Below, piece by piece: positions 48,631-60,200 of a stretch of 64,000 nucleotides of DNA (its first letter is position 1; every line of letters begins with the position of its first letter). The notes under the pieces were generated by a model. It worked only from the letters and a program-made list of their open reading frames with translations, did no database searches and was not told where the DNA came from. The position numbers and the translations under genes are program-made. This stretch comes from Macrostomum lignano (taxonomy: Eukaryota): contig NIVC01002295.1 in the NCBI GenBank assembly GCA_002269645.1, positions 124,001-188,000 on the forward strand, in the 5' to 3' direction.

Positions 48631-49292
48631 AAGTTAAACGTTTAACACTCGGCCTGACCGGGATAATATGAATAAACCAACTTCACAGAGGTGAATAAAT
48701 CATGTTTAATACGGTTCAGAGGAAACAACAATCGTCTTCAAGCAAATCACTTCCTCGCAAATAAACTCTTTAAATCTCTGCCAAACTCAAAACCGATAGA
48801 GGTACTTCATGCCAATCAAATAATCAAGTTAATCCCCTCTACGGAGGCCCAAAAAAGTTCTCCCCCCGGCGACGTCGAAATCGAATCAGCGCCGGCTGCG
48901 CCGAAACTCGACATCCGAGCTTCTCTTGACTTCTCTCTGTAGCTTGGCTGATTTTTCATTCAACTCTCATGCTAATTGATGCTGCAGGAGGCCTAAACAC
49001 AGTGCATGAACTCTTGTATTGGGACTAAAGCAAATGCTAATTCAACAGAGAAAATGATCGGGACAGAACGACATCAAGAAAAAGAAATTCAATGCCACAC
49101 AAATCAATCCAACATCGGTCGTCAATTATTTTGTTTTATAATCGCGGCGCATCGAGCCGGAAAACGCAAAAAGAGAGAGAGAATATGTGGGGAAAGTTGC
49201 AATTGGTTAAAAAGAATATTGCCTTTGCTTTCTAGTTTTGCATTGATACAGTCAAACCAGCCAGTGATGCATTGGTCAGCTGTGCCACTGTG

Positions 49293-50006
49293 TCAGTTCT
49301 CTGCCGGGAATTCGCCGTAAAGATTGACGCTGCGTTTGTTGCTTGGCTGCGACTTGAAACTGCTGCGTCTGGCCGCCTGACTGCGACTTGTCGCTCCGTT
49401 GGCCGGTCGAGTGCTCGACCACGACCCTTGTTTGGAGTTGGCCGCATTGCTCGGCTCCTCGTTCTGCGACGGCGGCGGGCAGGGTGGAGGGCAAGGCGGA
49501 GGGCAAGGCGGAGGGCAAGGCGGAGGGCAAGGCGGAGGGCATTTCGGCGGCGGCGGCGGGCATTTTGGCGGTGGTGGGCATTTTGGCGGCGGCGGAGAAT
49601 TTGGATTTGGCATCGCGCACGAGCACTTCCTGTTGGTGTCGGAGTTGGCCTTCTTCTGCTGTTCAGCAGCGTTGCAGCCTGGTCGACAGTTGCCTGCTGG
49701 CAGTCGCTCCTGCGGCTTCGGCTGCCGCGGCTCCGTGTACAGCAGCAGTAGGCCCGGCTTTGGCATCGGGTTGGCCGCCTCCTGCTCCTGCGGTTGCTGC
49801 TGCTTGCTATTCAGACTGCACGGAGTTTTGCATCGGCTAGCCATGGCTCTGGGCAGAATTCGCTTTAGTAGTGCACTGACGGGACTGCTGGGCACTAGAG
49901 AGCTTTGATTTGGTAGCTGGCTGCAGACTCGGCCTCGGCTCTCAGCTCCCTTAGCAGAGTCGGTGACTGTTCTCCATTCTTTGTCTGTCGATACTTGCGC
50001 GACCAT
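49293..50006 (-). CDS. Cys/Pro-repeat (CPPP)n protein, unknown function (237 aa)
   Basis: ATG-started single-exon ORF with GC-rich codons and a PPPKC/CPPP array; the opposite strand encodes an overlapping Gly-rich frame lacking an ATG. Confidence 0.55.
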   Translation of the reverse strand: MVAQVSTDKEWRTVTDSAKGAESRGRVCSQLPNQSSLVPSSPVSALLKRILPRAMASRCKTPCSLNSKQQQPQEQEAANPMPKPGLLLLYTEPRQPKPQERLPAGNCRPGCNAAEQQKKANSDTNRKCSCAMPNPNSPPPPKCPPPPKCPPPPPKCPPPCPPPCPPPCPPPCPPPCPPPSQNEEPSNAANSKQGSWSSTRPANGATSRSQAARRSSFKSQPSNKRSVNLYGEFPAEN

Positions 50007-50284
50007 AGACTATTTGTGACAGAATGGTCTATAATTTCGCTCCATAGAGTGTACTTTTACAAGATTACGCTCGTATATCAGAAACATAAAGTAGCTAGAA
50101 ACATAATCAGTACATGTAGCTAACACCATACTCAATTATGATAATTCTGCATATTTGAACACCCATCACGGCGAATGTGACTTCATCTTACACCAAATAC
50201 AACAAGCATGCACAAGCACTAGCGCGAGCTATTACTAGAAGTAGCTTCAGTAAGATAATAGATCTGGAAAGGGTGTAGTGTACA

Positions 50285-51410
50285 GAGCTCCTACTGTGGG
50301 GGGTATAGGAGGGCTCCTACTGAAGGGGTATAGGAGGACTCCTACTGAGGGGGTATAGGAGGGCTCCTACTGAAGGATGCACACTGTACAGATCTCCTAC
50401 TGAAGGGGTGTAGGAGGACTCCTACTGAAGGATGCACACTGTACAGAGCTCCTACTGATAGGTGTAGGAGGACTCCTACTGAAGGATGCACACTGTACAG
50501 AGCTCCTACTGAAGGGTGTAAGAGGACTCCTACTAAAGGATGCACACAAGGACCACTAGGAGCACTTCAAGTCTAGTAGTCCTTGGATGCACACTGTACA
50601 GAGCTCTTACTGAAGGGGTGTAGGAGGACTGCTACTGAAGGATGCACACTGTACAGAGCTGCTACTGAAGGGGTATAGGAGGGCTCCTACTGAGGGGGTA
50701 TAGGAGAGCTCCTACTGAGGGGGTATAAGAGGGCTCCTTCTGAAGGGGTATAGGAGGGCTCCTACTGAAGGGGTGGGTGTAGGAGGACTCCTATAGAAGG
50801 ATGCACACTGTACAGAGCTCCTACTGAAGGGGTGTAGAAGGACTCCTACTGAAGGATGCACACTGTACAGAGCTCCTACTGAAGGGGTGTAGAAGGACTC
50901 CTACTGAAGGATGCACACTGTACAGAGCTCCTACTGAAGGGGTGTAGGAGGACTCCTACTGAAGGATGCACACTGTACAGAGCTCCTACTGAAGGGGTGT
51001 AGGAGGACTCCTACTGAAGGATGCACACTGTACAGAGCTCCTACTGAAGGGGTGTAGAAGGACTCCTACTGAAGGATGCACACTGTACAGAGCTCCTACT
51101 GAAGGGGTGTAGGAGGGCTCCTACTGAAGGGGTGTAGGAGGGCTCCTACTGAGGGGGTATAGGAGGGCTCCTGCTGAAGGGGTATAGGAGGGCTCCTACT
51201 GAGGGGGTATAGGAGAGCTCCTACTGAGGGGGTATAAGAGGGCTCCTTCTGAAGGGGTATAGGAGGGCTCCTACTGAAGGGGTGGGTGTAGGAGGACTCC
51301 TACTGAAGGATGCACACTGTATATACAGAGCTTCTAATGAAGGGTGTAGGACTCCTACTGGAGGATGCACACTGTACAGATCTCCTACTGAAGGGTGTAG
51401 AGGGCTTGCA
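50285..51410. repeat. Composite ~55-bp minisatellite with internal palindrome
   Basis: TACAGAGCTCCTACTGAAGGGGTGTAGGAGGACTCCTACTGAAGGATGCACACTG; CTCCTAC/GTAGGAG pair. Confidence 0.93.
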
Positions 51411-51855
51411 CTTTGGGGGTTAGAAGGCTTTATTTAACCGTAGGGTGTCGAAAGCTTTTGCTGATAGAAAATAATAACGCAGACAATAACTTTATTTACT
51501 AAGTAACTCACACAGATGAATGGAAAAAAGTTTTAGCTAGTTGCTAATTTTAAAATGTATTTTACGCGACAAATTAAACTATTGATTACAACAAATTTGA
51601 TACATTGTGTAGCAAGCATCATATGCACGAGTGTAAACAGCATAAAGAGCGTTAGCAATACCGGTTAATGCTGCTTTAAAAGCACAAATTTGAATACTAC
51701 TTTACTGACTTTTTTACAGTACGCGGCCTATAACATGATGGAGGCAGATATTACTAAAGATTAAAGTAATTTATGAGTCCAATTTTACTGCTATTAAAGT
51801 AGCGATGCCAATTCAATGCCTTCATTAGCAGCTACTGAAACTGCCTTAAAATGGT

Positions 51856-52680
51856 TCACTCTGCGGCCTTCTCCGTTTCCATGGGAACGTCCTTCAGCTG
51901 CGGCTGCTCCCGAGCTGCCGGAGCCTCGAACGGCGCCTCGATGCACAGCCGGCCATCGTGGCTGAGCTTGCTCACCACCTGGTCCAGCTTGGTGCCGTCG
52001 GGCAGCTGGTAGATTCGCTCCAGCCGCTTGTGGACCCGCTGCCCACCGGCCTCCTCCTTGTGCTCCGCCTCCACCAGCACGCAGTCGCCCTGCTGTCGCA
52101 CGCGAATCTCGTCCGGCTTGAACTCGCGCACCGACAGCTCCGCCTTGAACCGCTTGCTGCCATCGTCCGCCTCCACCAGCTGGCCGGACCCCTCAGACTG
52201 CAGGTCGCCTCGCAGCAGGCCGCGCAGCTCGTCCCACACGGAGTCGCCCTGCGGTTTCTGCTGCTGCTGCTGCTGCTCCTGCTGCTTCAGCTGCTGCTGC
52301 TTCTGCTGCTCTTTGAACGGCGCCTGCAGCACCAGCATGCCGTCCCGGGTGAAGCCGCTGTTCAGCTTCTCTGCGTCCACTTCCTCCGGCAGCTCCACCG
52401 TCCGCTTCACCTCCGTCACGTCCTCGCCGTTCTCCAGCCGCGCCACCACCCGCACCTTCCGCTCCTCCCGCTTCACCGACACGTCCTTCGGCGAGAAGCC
52501 GCGAAGGTCCACAGTCCGGCTCCACTGACGCGGTCGCCTCGGACCTCTGTGCCGCAGCAGCTGCACCAGCGGGTCATACTCCGGCGTCAGCCAGTCGTCC
52601 AGCTCGCTCATGGCTGCCACGAGCGGCAGAGAGTGCGAGAACGGCGTGTACACGTTGCTCGGTGCGATCCACAGAGACAT
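51856..52680 (-). CDS. Small heat-shock protein with two alpha-crystallin domains (p40/Tsp36-like)
   Basis: VDLRGFSPKDVSV...RTVELPEEVD...GMLVLQAP and LSVREFKPDEIRV...RIYQLPDG...DGRLCIEAP, joined by a poly-Q linker. Likely start is the ATG at 52680, downstream of the TATA box. Confidence 0.92.
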   Translation of the reverse strand: MSLWIAPSNVYTPFSHSLPLVAAMSELDDWLTPEYDPLVQLLRHRGPRRPRQWSRTVDLRGFSPKDVSVKREERKVRVVARLENGEDVTEVKRTVELPEEVDAEKLNSGFTRDGMLVLQAPFKEQQKQQQLKQQEQQQQQQKPQGDSVWDELRGLLRGDLQSEGSGQLVEADDGSKRFKAELSVREFKPDEIRVRQQGDCVLVEAEHKEEAGGQRVHKRLERIYQLPDGTKLDQVVSKLSHDGRLCIEAPFEAPAAREQPQLKDVPMETEKAAE

Positions 52681-52802
52681 GCTTGCTGTGTCGCTTGTAA
52701 ATGATAGAGTTTGGCGATTGATTCGCTTTGCTTGAGATTGCTTTGCTTGCGGTTGCTTTGTGTGCTCCAATCCTGCCTCACTCTCGGATCCAGCTGTCTC
52801 GC

Positions 52803-52875
52803 TTTTATAGACTGGCACTGAGGAAGCTTCTCGAATTTTCTTGCCCACTGACTTCATTCTGGAAATTTCTAGAAA
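52803..52875 (-). promoter_or_regulatory. Heat-shock promoter: TATA box plus two four-unit HSEs
   Basis: TATAAAA at 52809-52803; GAAgcTTCtcGAAttTTC at 52823-52840; TTCtgGAAatTTCtaGAA at 52857-52874. Confidence 0.88.
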
Positions 52876-54236
52876 TCAAGCCGCTAACCCAAATTTAGAC
52901 AGCAAAATGTTCATATTTCTACTGTTAGTAGATGGGGAAATATGAGCTACATGCCAGAAAAGTAATGAATTGATGCTATGCAGCTTATAGAACCCAAAGG
53001 ATGGAACCAAAGATAGCTTTGACACTATCCCAGGATATTGGTTGAATCAAGAAAGTTCTCTTTCGTTCGAGATTGAGATTATAGCAGCTAACACAAACTG
53101 AATGGTTCAGCAGAACGCAGTCCTTTGGAACGCTACTTCAAATTAAATAGCCTAGCTGCCGCGAAAGGTTATCGAAACGATCACTTTACCGGCTTGAAAA
53201 ATGCGAAGCCATGTTAGTTAGCCAGCTAATCACTGCAATCAGGTAAAGTAGGAAGATATTCATAGTCAAAGTAGGAAGATGGAATTAGAACTGTTTAATT
53301 AAATGAGCGCCGCCGGCGCCTATAAGGTTTAAGAGTTATGCCCGACCGAATCTGTTTATCTACTGTAGTTAGTTCATAGCAGTTCATATGAACTACTATT
53401 AGTTCATAGTTTTTAGCGGTGGTAGTGATACAGAAGGGAGTTCCAGATTTAGATTTCGAAGCCCTGATGACGAAAGATCTCAGTCATTTCAATTGGCTCG
53501 TCGCTGCAGCAACGCTCTCTAAAGCACTAATTATATGAATCGAATTATTTGTTTACTCACAAAAAGTTAGAAACTTTAGCTCAATTTTTCATGGACTCCA
53601 ATTTTGAGAAATATTTTATTTTAAATTATAATGTAAGAAAAGTGAACAATGAGGAGTTCGGCGTGTGTGAGGGAAAGATCGACTAGTGCGCGTGGTATTC
53701 AATTCACACTTCCACATATTGAGAAGTCTATAATATAAGTCTATAATATTTCAGAAACAGAAGGAAATTAAGAAAGTGTGTGAGAGAGATAGAATGAGAG
53801 GGGAATTTCACAATTTGGAGTGAAGGAGAGAAAAGAGGGAAAACGTGTACTCGCTCTAAGTAAACGTATGGTTGATCAATTAGAAATTCGCATTTAAAAG
53901 AATTATTATTAAAAAACTGCCAAAAGTCGAAATTTAAACAATATATTAAAAAAATTAAAAACGAATACTTTAGAAATATTATAAACGATTTTGTCGATAT
54001 TTTAACTTTAAGGACAATTTATGCTTTCTGTTACAATTTTTAGGTTTATTGATTTGTTTATACTAGTAAAAAAGGACAAATTTCAGTTTGCCGAGTAGTG
54101 AGAGATAATCTCTAGAACTCTTTTTGACGACATTTCTATTTTAAGCTACGTTGTCTTTTATTATACAAATTGATAATAAAGCAATCTGTGACTTGTTCTG
54201 TGTTTCAGAATTAGAAAAAAAATCACAGCAGCCGCG

Positions 54237-57200
54237 ATGGCAACAACAAAGCCATATGGTCCTAATTCACAGTCTTTAACTTTTTTTGACCTTGAAGACC
54301 CGGATGATTTACCTGCAGACACACAAGGAACTGACTTTGAGTATAAAGATTTTACAGTCACAGCAGATTCACAATATTCTCAAAATGATGCTCTGAAATT
54401 TTCACATGGACCTCCTGGATCAACATTGGAAAGTCAAAATCAGGTAAGCCTAATGTAGGCCCTAATGCCAAAATAGGATACTAAAGAGTACCTTTATTGG
54501 CAACTCTAATCCCATGGCCATGGCTAGAGCCAGGAAGGCAGCATAGTATGTACCAGAAAAAAGTATGGGGGATAGGGGTAGGGCAATCAATGCACTTTAC
54601 TAGGCAATCTATGCAATTTTTCTATTGTCATATTGATTATTGTTTTATAGTAATAGGGACTTCAGTGAGTTATAAGAAGTGCGTGCCAATGGCAAAAAAG
54701 TAAGAAAAAAGTCCAATTTTTCAAGGGCGATTTTAAAGAAACTATAGAAGCCAGGATGAAAGTAAAATATGCATTTAAAAGGTAAAAAGGAGCTCTTTCA
54801 AATGACACCAACTGCAAGTCTAGCTTTGTTATACTTTTTGCACTGTCTATTTTTAAAGTTGACCATTTTTTAGGAGGAATATAAAATTGAAGCCAAAATG
54901 AATAAAAAAACAGTGGTTCAGAAAATACTTTTTCTTAGCTGCAATGTGTTTCTTATAATGGAAACAAAGGTTTTATAGTGTAAAGGGATAATTTAGAAAC
55001 ATTTTTCTGGTGTTAAAAAAAATTTTTTTTTCTTTTAATGCCCATATGGCTCTATGCAAAATTTCAAATCCAAAATTTTCCATGAAATCCTTTTCCTGCA
55101 TTGTTTCTCTTTATATTTTTCATTACCTATTGACAATACAAGCACAGTAAAAAAAACCGCTTGCCAATAGCTATAGGCGCAAAAATTTTGTGGAGGTTTC
55201 TTTTTTTGATACGTTTACATGTAAAATACCCATTGAAACGTGTATTTCGTGTTTTTTGTGAGACTCTGCCTTCCGGCAAACTAGTTCTCTGTGTCATTTA
55301 ACTAATTCTGCTATGCTGAACACGATAGGCAAAACCGTTTTTTAATAAACCCATGCGCAAAGCCTGTACAGCACATTACATTGCAGTTGGGGTGTCTGTC
55401 ATGCATTAAAAATTTAGGGCAAGAAGTAGAATAGTATTATAGTAGGTAAAAACCTGAACAAAATGACACTAGCCTTGTATAAATTAAGCAAGCAGAACAG
55501 ATGCTATTGTATTTTTAAAATTGCAATCATTGCGTATCTGGTTAAAATAGTCAAAATTTCATACACCCATCCTGTTTCAATTAGCTTAGCAACTTGGGCA
55601 TATAAAATAATATTAAAATATATAATTCATACAATTAACACTAAAAAACTGAACAAAATGACACCAAGCACAGTCATTTTGGTTGGCTAGAAAATTAATT
55701 ACAAGTGTTCAAAGACAAAAAGCCAACTTTTTGGCCAAAAATGATCACAAACCGTAATGTAAAAATTCCATTGGCTAAAGGCACAAATCGGGGTTACTAA
55801 AATAGCTGTAGTTTCCTTATTACTCAACCAAATCACTAAAGTTTGGCCATTTTGGAAATGGGAAAGTAAGATCTATCTAGTGAAATAGCAGCCTATAACA
55901 ATTTCTGAAATTTAATTTTCTCACTGAAGTGCCTAATAGTAACAGTCCTTTTGATGGTTGATAGTTATTTTGTCTGCTTCCAGTTTGTCTGCCACGCTTG
56001 TCTGCAAAAATACAATGCAGTCATTTTATCTGCTAACAAAATATTAAATACTAACTTTTTGTTTATTATTAATAAACTTTAGCATTATTATCATTAAATT
56101 AGATGGGGTAGGGTCAGGGATCATAACAATGCTCGCAACAGCTAGCCAATCATAATCATATTCAATTGCAAACTACTCTGCCATCTAATTCACTAATAAA
56201 CTTGCCTGTCATAAAACTTTTTTCAATAAATGTTTAAATTAAATATCAAATTTCTTTGAAATATTGCAATAAACAATTATGCATATAAAAAAGCAGCATA
56301 GAAAAAATCTATGCATGGCTCAAAATATCTTATTAAAAATAGCTTTATAAGTTATGTAGCTATTTTTTATTTTTTATTTTTGAAAAGTTGTTTCATTTGC
56401 CAGTAGACAATAAGGTGGCAAATAAATGACTTCATACCTTTTCACTAACAAATGAGGATAACTCTGGTAATAGCCACTTCAATAACAAGGGAAAATTAAT
56501 AGTATGTATTTAAATTTTCTCACACTTTGAAACTTTTATATCTATATAGAAAATAGATACTAGATAGACATGTATTAAGATGTTTAAATTGTTTATAGGT
56601 GTTTTAATTAATCTATTTTAATTTTAAGATTTGCCAAATACATATAACAAAACACTATTTATTACATCTTTGAGATGCTATTGGTGACACTTTTGAAGGT
56701 ATTGAAAAGGTCCTTGGATAGGTTGATAGTAGGTAAGCCTTATATAAACTAGGACAGTTAGCTATTTGGAGGCAAAGGCCTTAATAAGCTAGCAATGTCC
56801 AATTTGAGCCTAGAGATCGAAACCTATAAGCTCTTTGCAAATAATCTTTAGGTAGGCATTAGGATTGCAGACCTTGTTAGTGCAAAGTAGCTTGTGCTAG
56901 GTTGTCAAAGTAAGGACTAAAACTCCTAGTTCCCCTTTTGGCTAACATTGGAGCTAAGCTACATAGTCAAGCAAGATGTAATATCAGTGCAAAGAGTAGG
57001 TCAAGTTGAGAGGTACCTAAAAATAGGCACTTTCAGGTACTATGGGCTTGTGATAATCTAGAATTGGCATTGCCCAAAAGGTTGGCAAAAGTGAAAAGTG
57101 TAGCCAGTGGAATAGTGGAAGTGGCTAAGCATTTTCAGCTTGCAATTGAGGTGGCCCTGAAGCTGGGCCATGGTAGGCACAAGATATAACTTATTGGCAA

Positions 57201-60200
57201 TGCAGATATTTTAGATTTTGATCTAGAACTGGAGCAGAAAGTGGTTCCAAAGTGTGTAAATATGGCTGTCATAGGTGCAAGCAAGCTTACCTAGGTGGAG
57301 TAGCTAGCCAGTGGTGAGATAGAAAGCATCAGTGAAATTCCCCAGCTTGTCTAGGCTAGAGGTAGAGCTATAGTAGAGAGCAAAAAATGTTAGAAGACGT
57401 TTTTCTTCTTCTAAGCATTGGCAGAGTTGGCCAAGAGGATGCTGCAAGCTTTAGCATAAGTGTTAGACTGGCAAACATTGAGTGCGCCAAGCTTCCAGAG
57501 TGCCAAGCCAGAGAGAAGACTGCAGAGTGCCTTGAGCTTATAGATATCACTAGGTGTGGCTTTGTCAATATGGTGAATAAATTCCACTTAGAATCTAGGG
57601 AATTTAATTAATCCATGCTATTGAAAGTTAGTAGCTAGACTTTCTATTAGATGGCCAAGCTAATAAGGCTAGCTAGATTGCAGTCTTTAGGAGCAAGCAG
57701 CATGACCAATGCCAATGTTGATGTTGCATTAGCTGCAAGCTACTGCATGAGCTATTGGTTTGTTGCATCATATTAGTCATTATAGTCAAGAGGGCACTAA
57801 TATTGATTGAGGCAGTGGGAGCTATTACAAGGATCAAAGTTGTAAAAGGAGCAGTGGGAAGAGTAGATGTTGTGGCTACTGAAGCAGTTGGTAGCAGGTC
57901 ATTGGCTTTGCTATGCAGCTGCTCCACTTTAATAGAGGCTATACTGTGGTAATTCTGGGATTATTAGATCTGGTTGCTAGATAGGTCAGTTCTTAATCAC
58001 ATGATGACCATGGTAATGCTGACATTGCTACCAATTTGTCAAAGTTGACAATAAACTAATATGAGAACAAGCAGTTAGTAGAGAAAGAATTAGTAGAAGA
58101 GAAACAGAAGTGACAGGCTAAAGCTAAAGCCACAAGTTGAACTTGTATTTATATTAACATAGCAAAGGGTAGCTAAAATGTCTGGCAAATTAACAGTTGG
58201 GATTGTCTATAGGGAAAAGCATAATAGACAAAGGGAGTCAATTAACTGAAAAGTATGCAGCTGAATTGCAGAATAGAAAATACAAATATTTGGAAGATAG
58301 AAATCCAATAGCACATTTTCTAAGGGTCAGATAATATCAAATTTTCAAGATTTTCAAGACTTTAGATTTCTACTTTTGAGATAATTGAAATTCAATTAAT
58401 ATTCAAGATTAAGTGTAATTAGCATCTAGCCATAGTCCAGAAGAAGGCATGTATAGTGGAAATTTCTCACGAAATTTGGCATATATATTGGCATTCAAAA
58501 AGTGATTTTGGGCTTTTGGTATACAAATTTAATATCTTGGTCTATGATATGCACCAAAAATTAAAAAATCATATTATTGATAATAGTAACAATAGTCATC
58601 CATGCATTATAATGATAAAATTTAAGAACTATTTGATGCAAAATTCATTCCCATATTTTCTATAAAGTAATGATTTAAAATTGTAACAAAAATCACTAGT
58701 ATAGTATAGTAGTCTAGTAATACTGTTATCAAATCTATTGATTTGAAGCTTTGCTTAAATAATATACTCAGCATACATTGGCATATACAAAAAAAATTTT
58801 TGGGGGGTACATATAGACTGTTCTAAACTATAGGTATCTAATAAGCCTATTTACACTATTATTTGCACTATTTTTCAATGTAATTATTGTTACTTATTAA
58901 ATGTATATAATATAGTGATGATAATAAAAAGAAAAACGATTTGATTGTTTTAATTATTGAGCTTAAAGATTGAGCTTGAGATTTATGATTTAAGTATAAT
59001 AATATTGGCAAGGCTCCAGTTTGTTTTGCAATATTATTTTCAAGTTTGAATTGGTGCCACAATATAGTGCCTTTGAGCACTAGATAGAAGTAAATGGAGC
59101 AATAGCTGCAGTAGTAGATAGTGCAATAGATAGGGCAGTAACAGTAGCAATTGATAGAGCAGTAGATAAAATGATAGAGTAATAGATAGTGATAAAGTAG
59201 TAGATGAGCTAGAGGCTAAAAGATTTTCTGATATCATTTCCTATCCTTTTTGGCCAGATATTTTTTATACCATGGTACTATGTTGCAGCACTAATTCAAA
59301 CTTTAAAGTAATATCAGGAAGCAAACTAGGTGATTGCCATATCTGAAGAATATCATAGTTACAAAGTCTGTAGTTGCAAATATTGACTTTTTTCAAGATC
59401 TTGAAACCAATATCAAGATTTTAAAAAGTGCCAAGATCTTGATGATCAAGATTAAGATTGAGATCTTGTCCAACCCCTAGTAAAAACTTTTTTCCTTTGA
59501 CAATATAATTTTTGGACTCTTAATTTTTGTCATAACTTTTTTACAGGTAGATTAGGATGCAATTTGAAATTTTTCTTAATCTCTTAAGTCTGAAACTATG
59601 TTTCAAAATAATATTTTATATTCAGATGATTGATAGGGCTAAAATAAAGCTCAAGACAAGCTTTTTCATAATCAAAATATATATTCTCAATCTCTACATG
59701 TCTCTATTCAATTTTGGAATCAGGATTAGAATCCCATCCTAGCTCTAACTCTAATGTGTAACTTACTTAAGTAAATTTTTTAAAAATAGGATAAGATCAT
59801 GATCTTGCCCAATCCTAAAGATTTTGATCCCATCTAACCTCTGTATATTCTTAGACATTAAAAGAAGATAAGGGTCCCAAAATACCACCCATGATGCTAG
59901 GTTAGCACAAAATTTTAAAAAGGATGCAACACATTCTTTTCTTTCTACTTATCAATAATAGTAATATATAAGCATAGTAAATAATTGCCTTATCGATTGG
60001 ATCCATCTTAATGCAACCCAGGCGGACGGTTTTGGCCTGGCCTCGGCTGTAGCCGACATTGACTCGGCCGCAGGCGCGCTGAACCTGAACGGTCTAACCT
60101 TCGAGGACGAAGACGACGCCGAGAATGCCGTCGGTGTTGGCGCTGGCGGCGCGTTGTACACCCGCGACCTGCCTGAGCACGCCTGCGCCTACTGCGGCAT

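Noticed and set aside
49399-49908. Gly-rich plus-strand ORF as the real gene
   Set aside because: It has no ATG start and is explained as the antisense of the CPPP ORF; kept only as a caveat.
51958-52704. Plus-strand 248-aa ORF over the sHSP (likewise other antisense ORFs over pol and PRPSAP)
   Set aside because: It is the typical open antisense frame of a GC3-rich gene.
53464-53500. CTGATGACGAAA hammerhead-like word
   Set aside because: There is no room for stem II between CTGATGA and GAAA.
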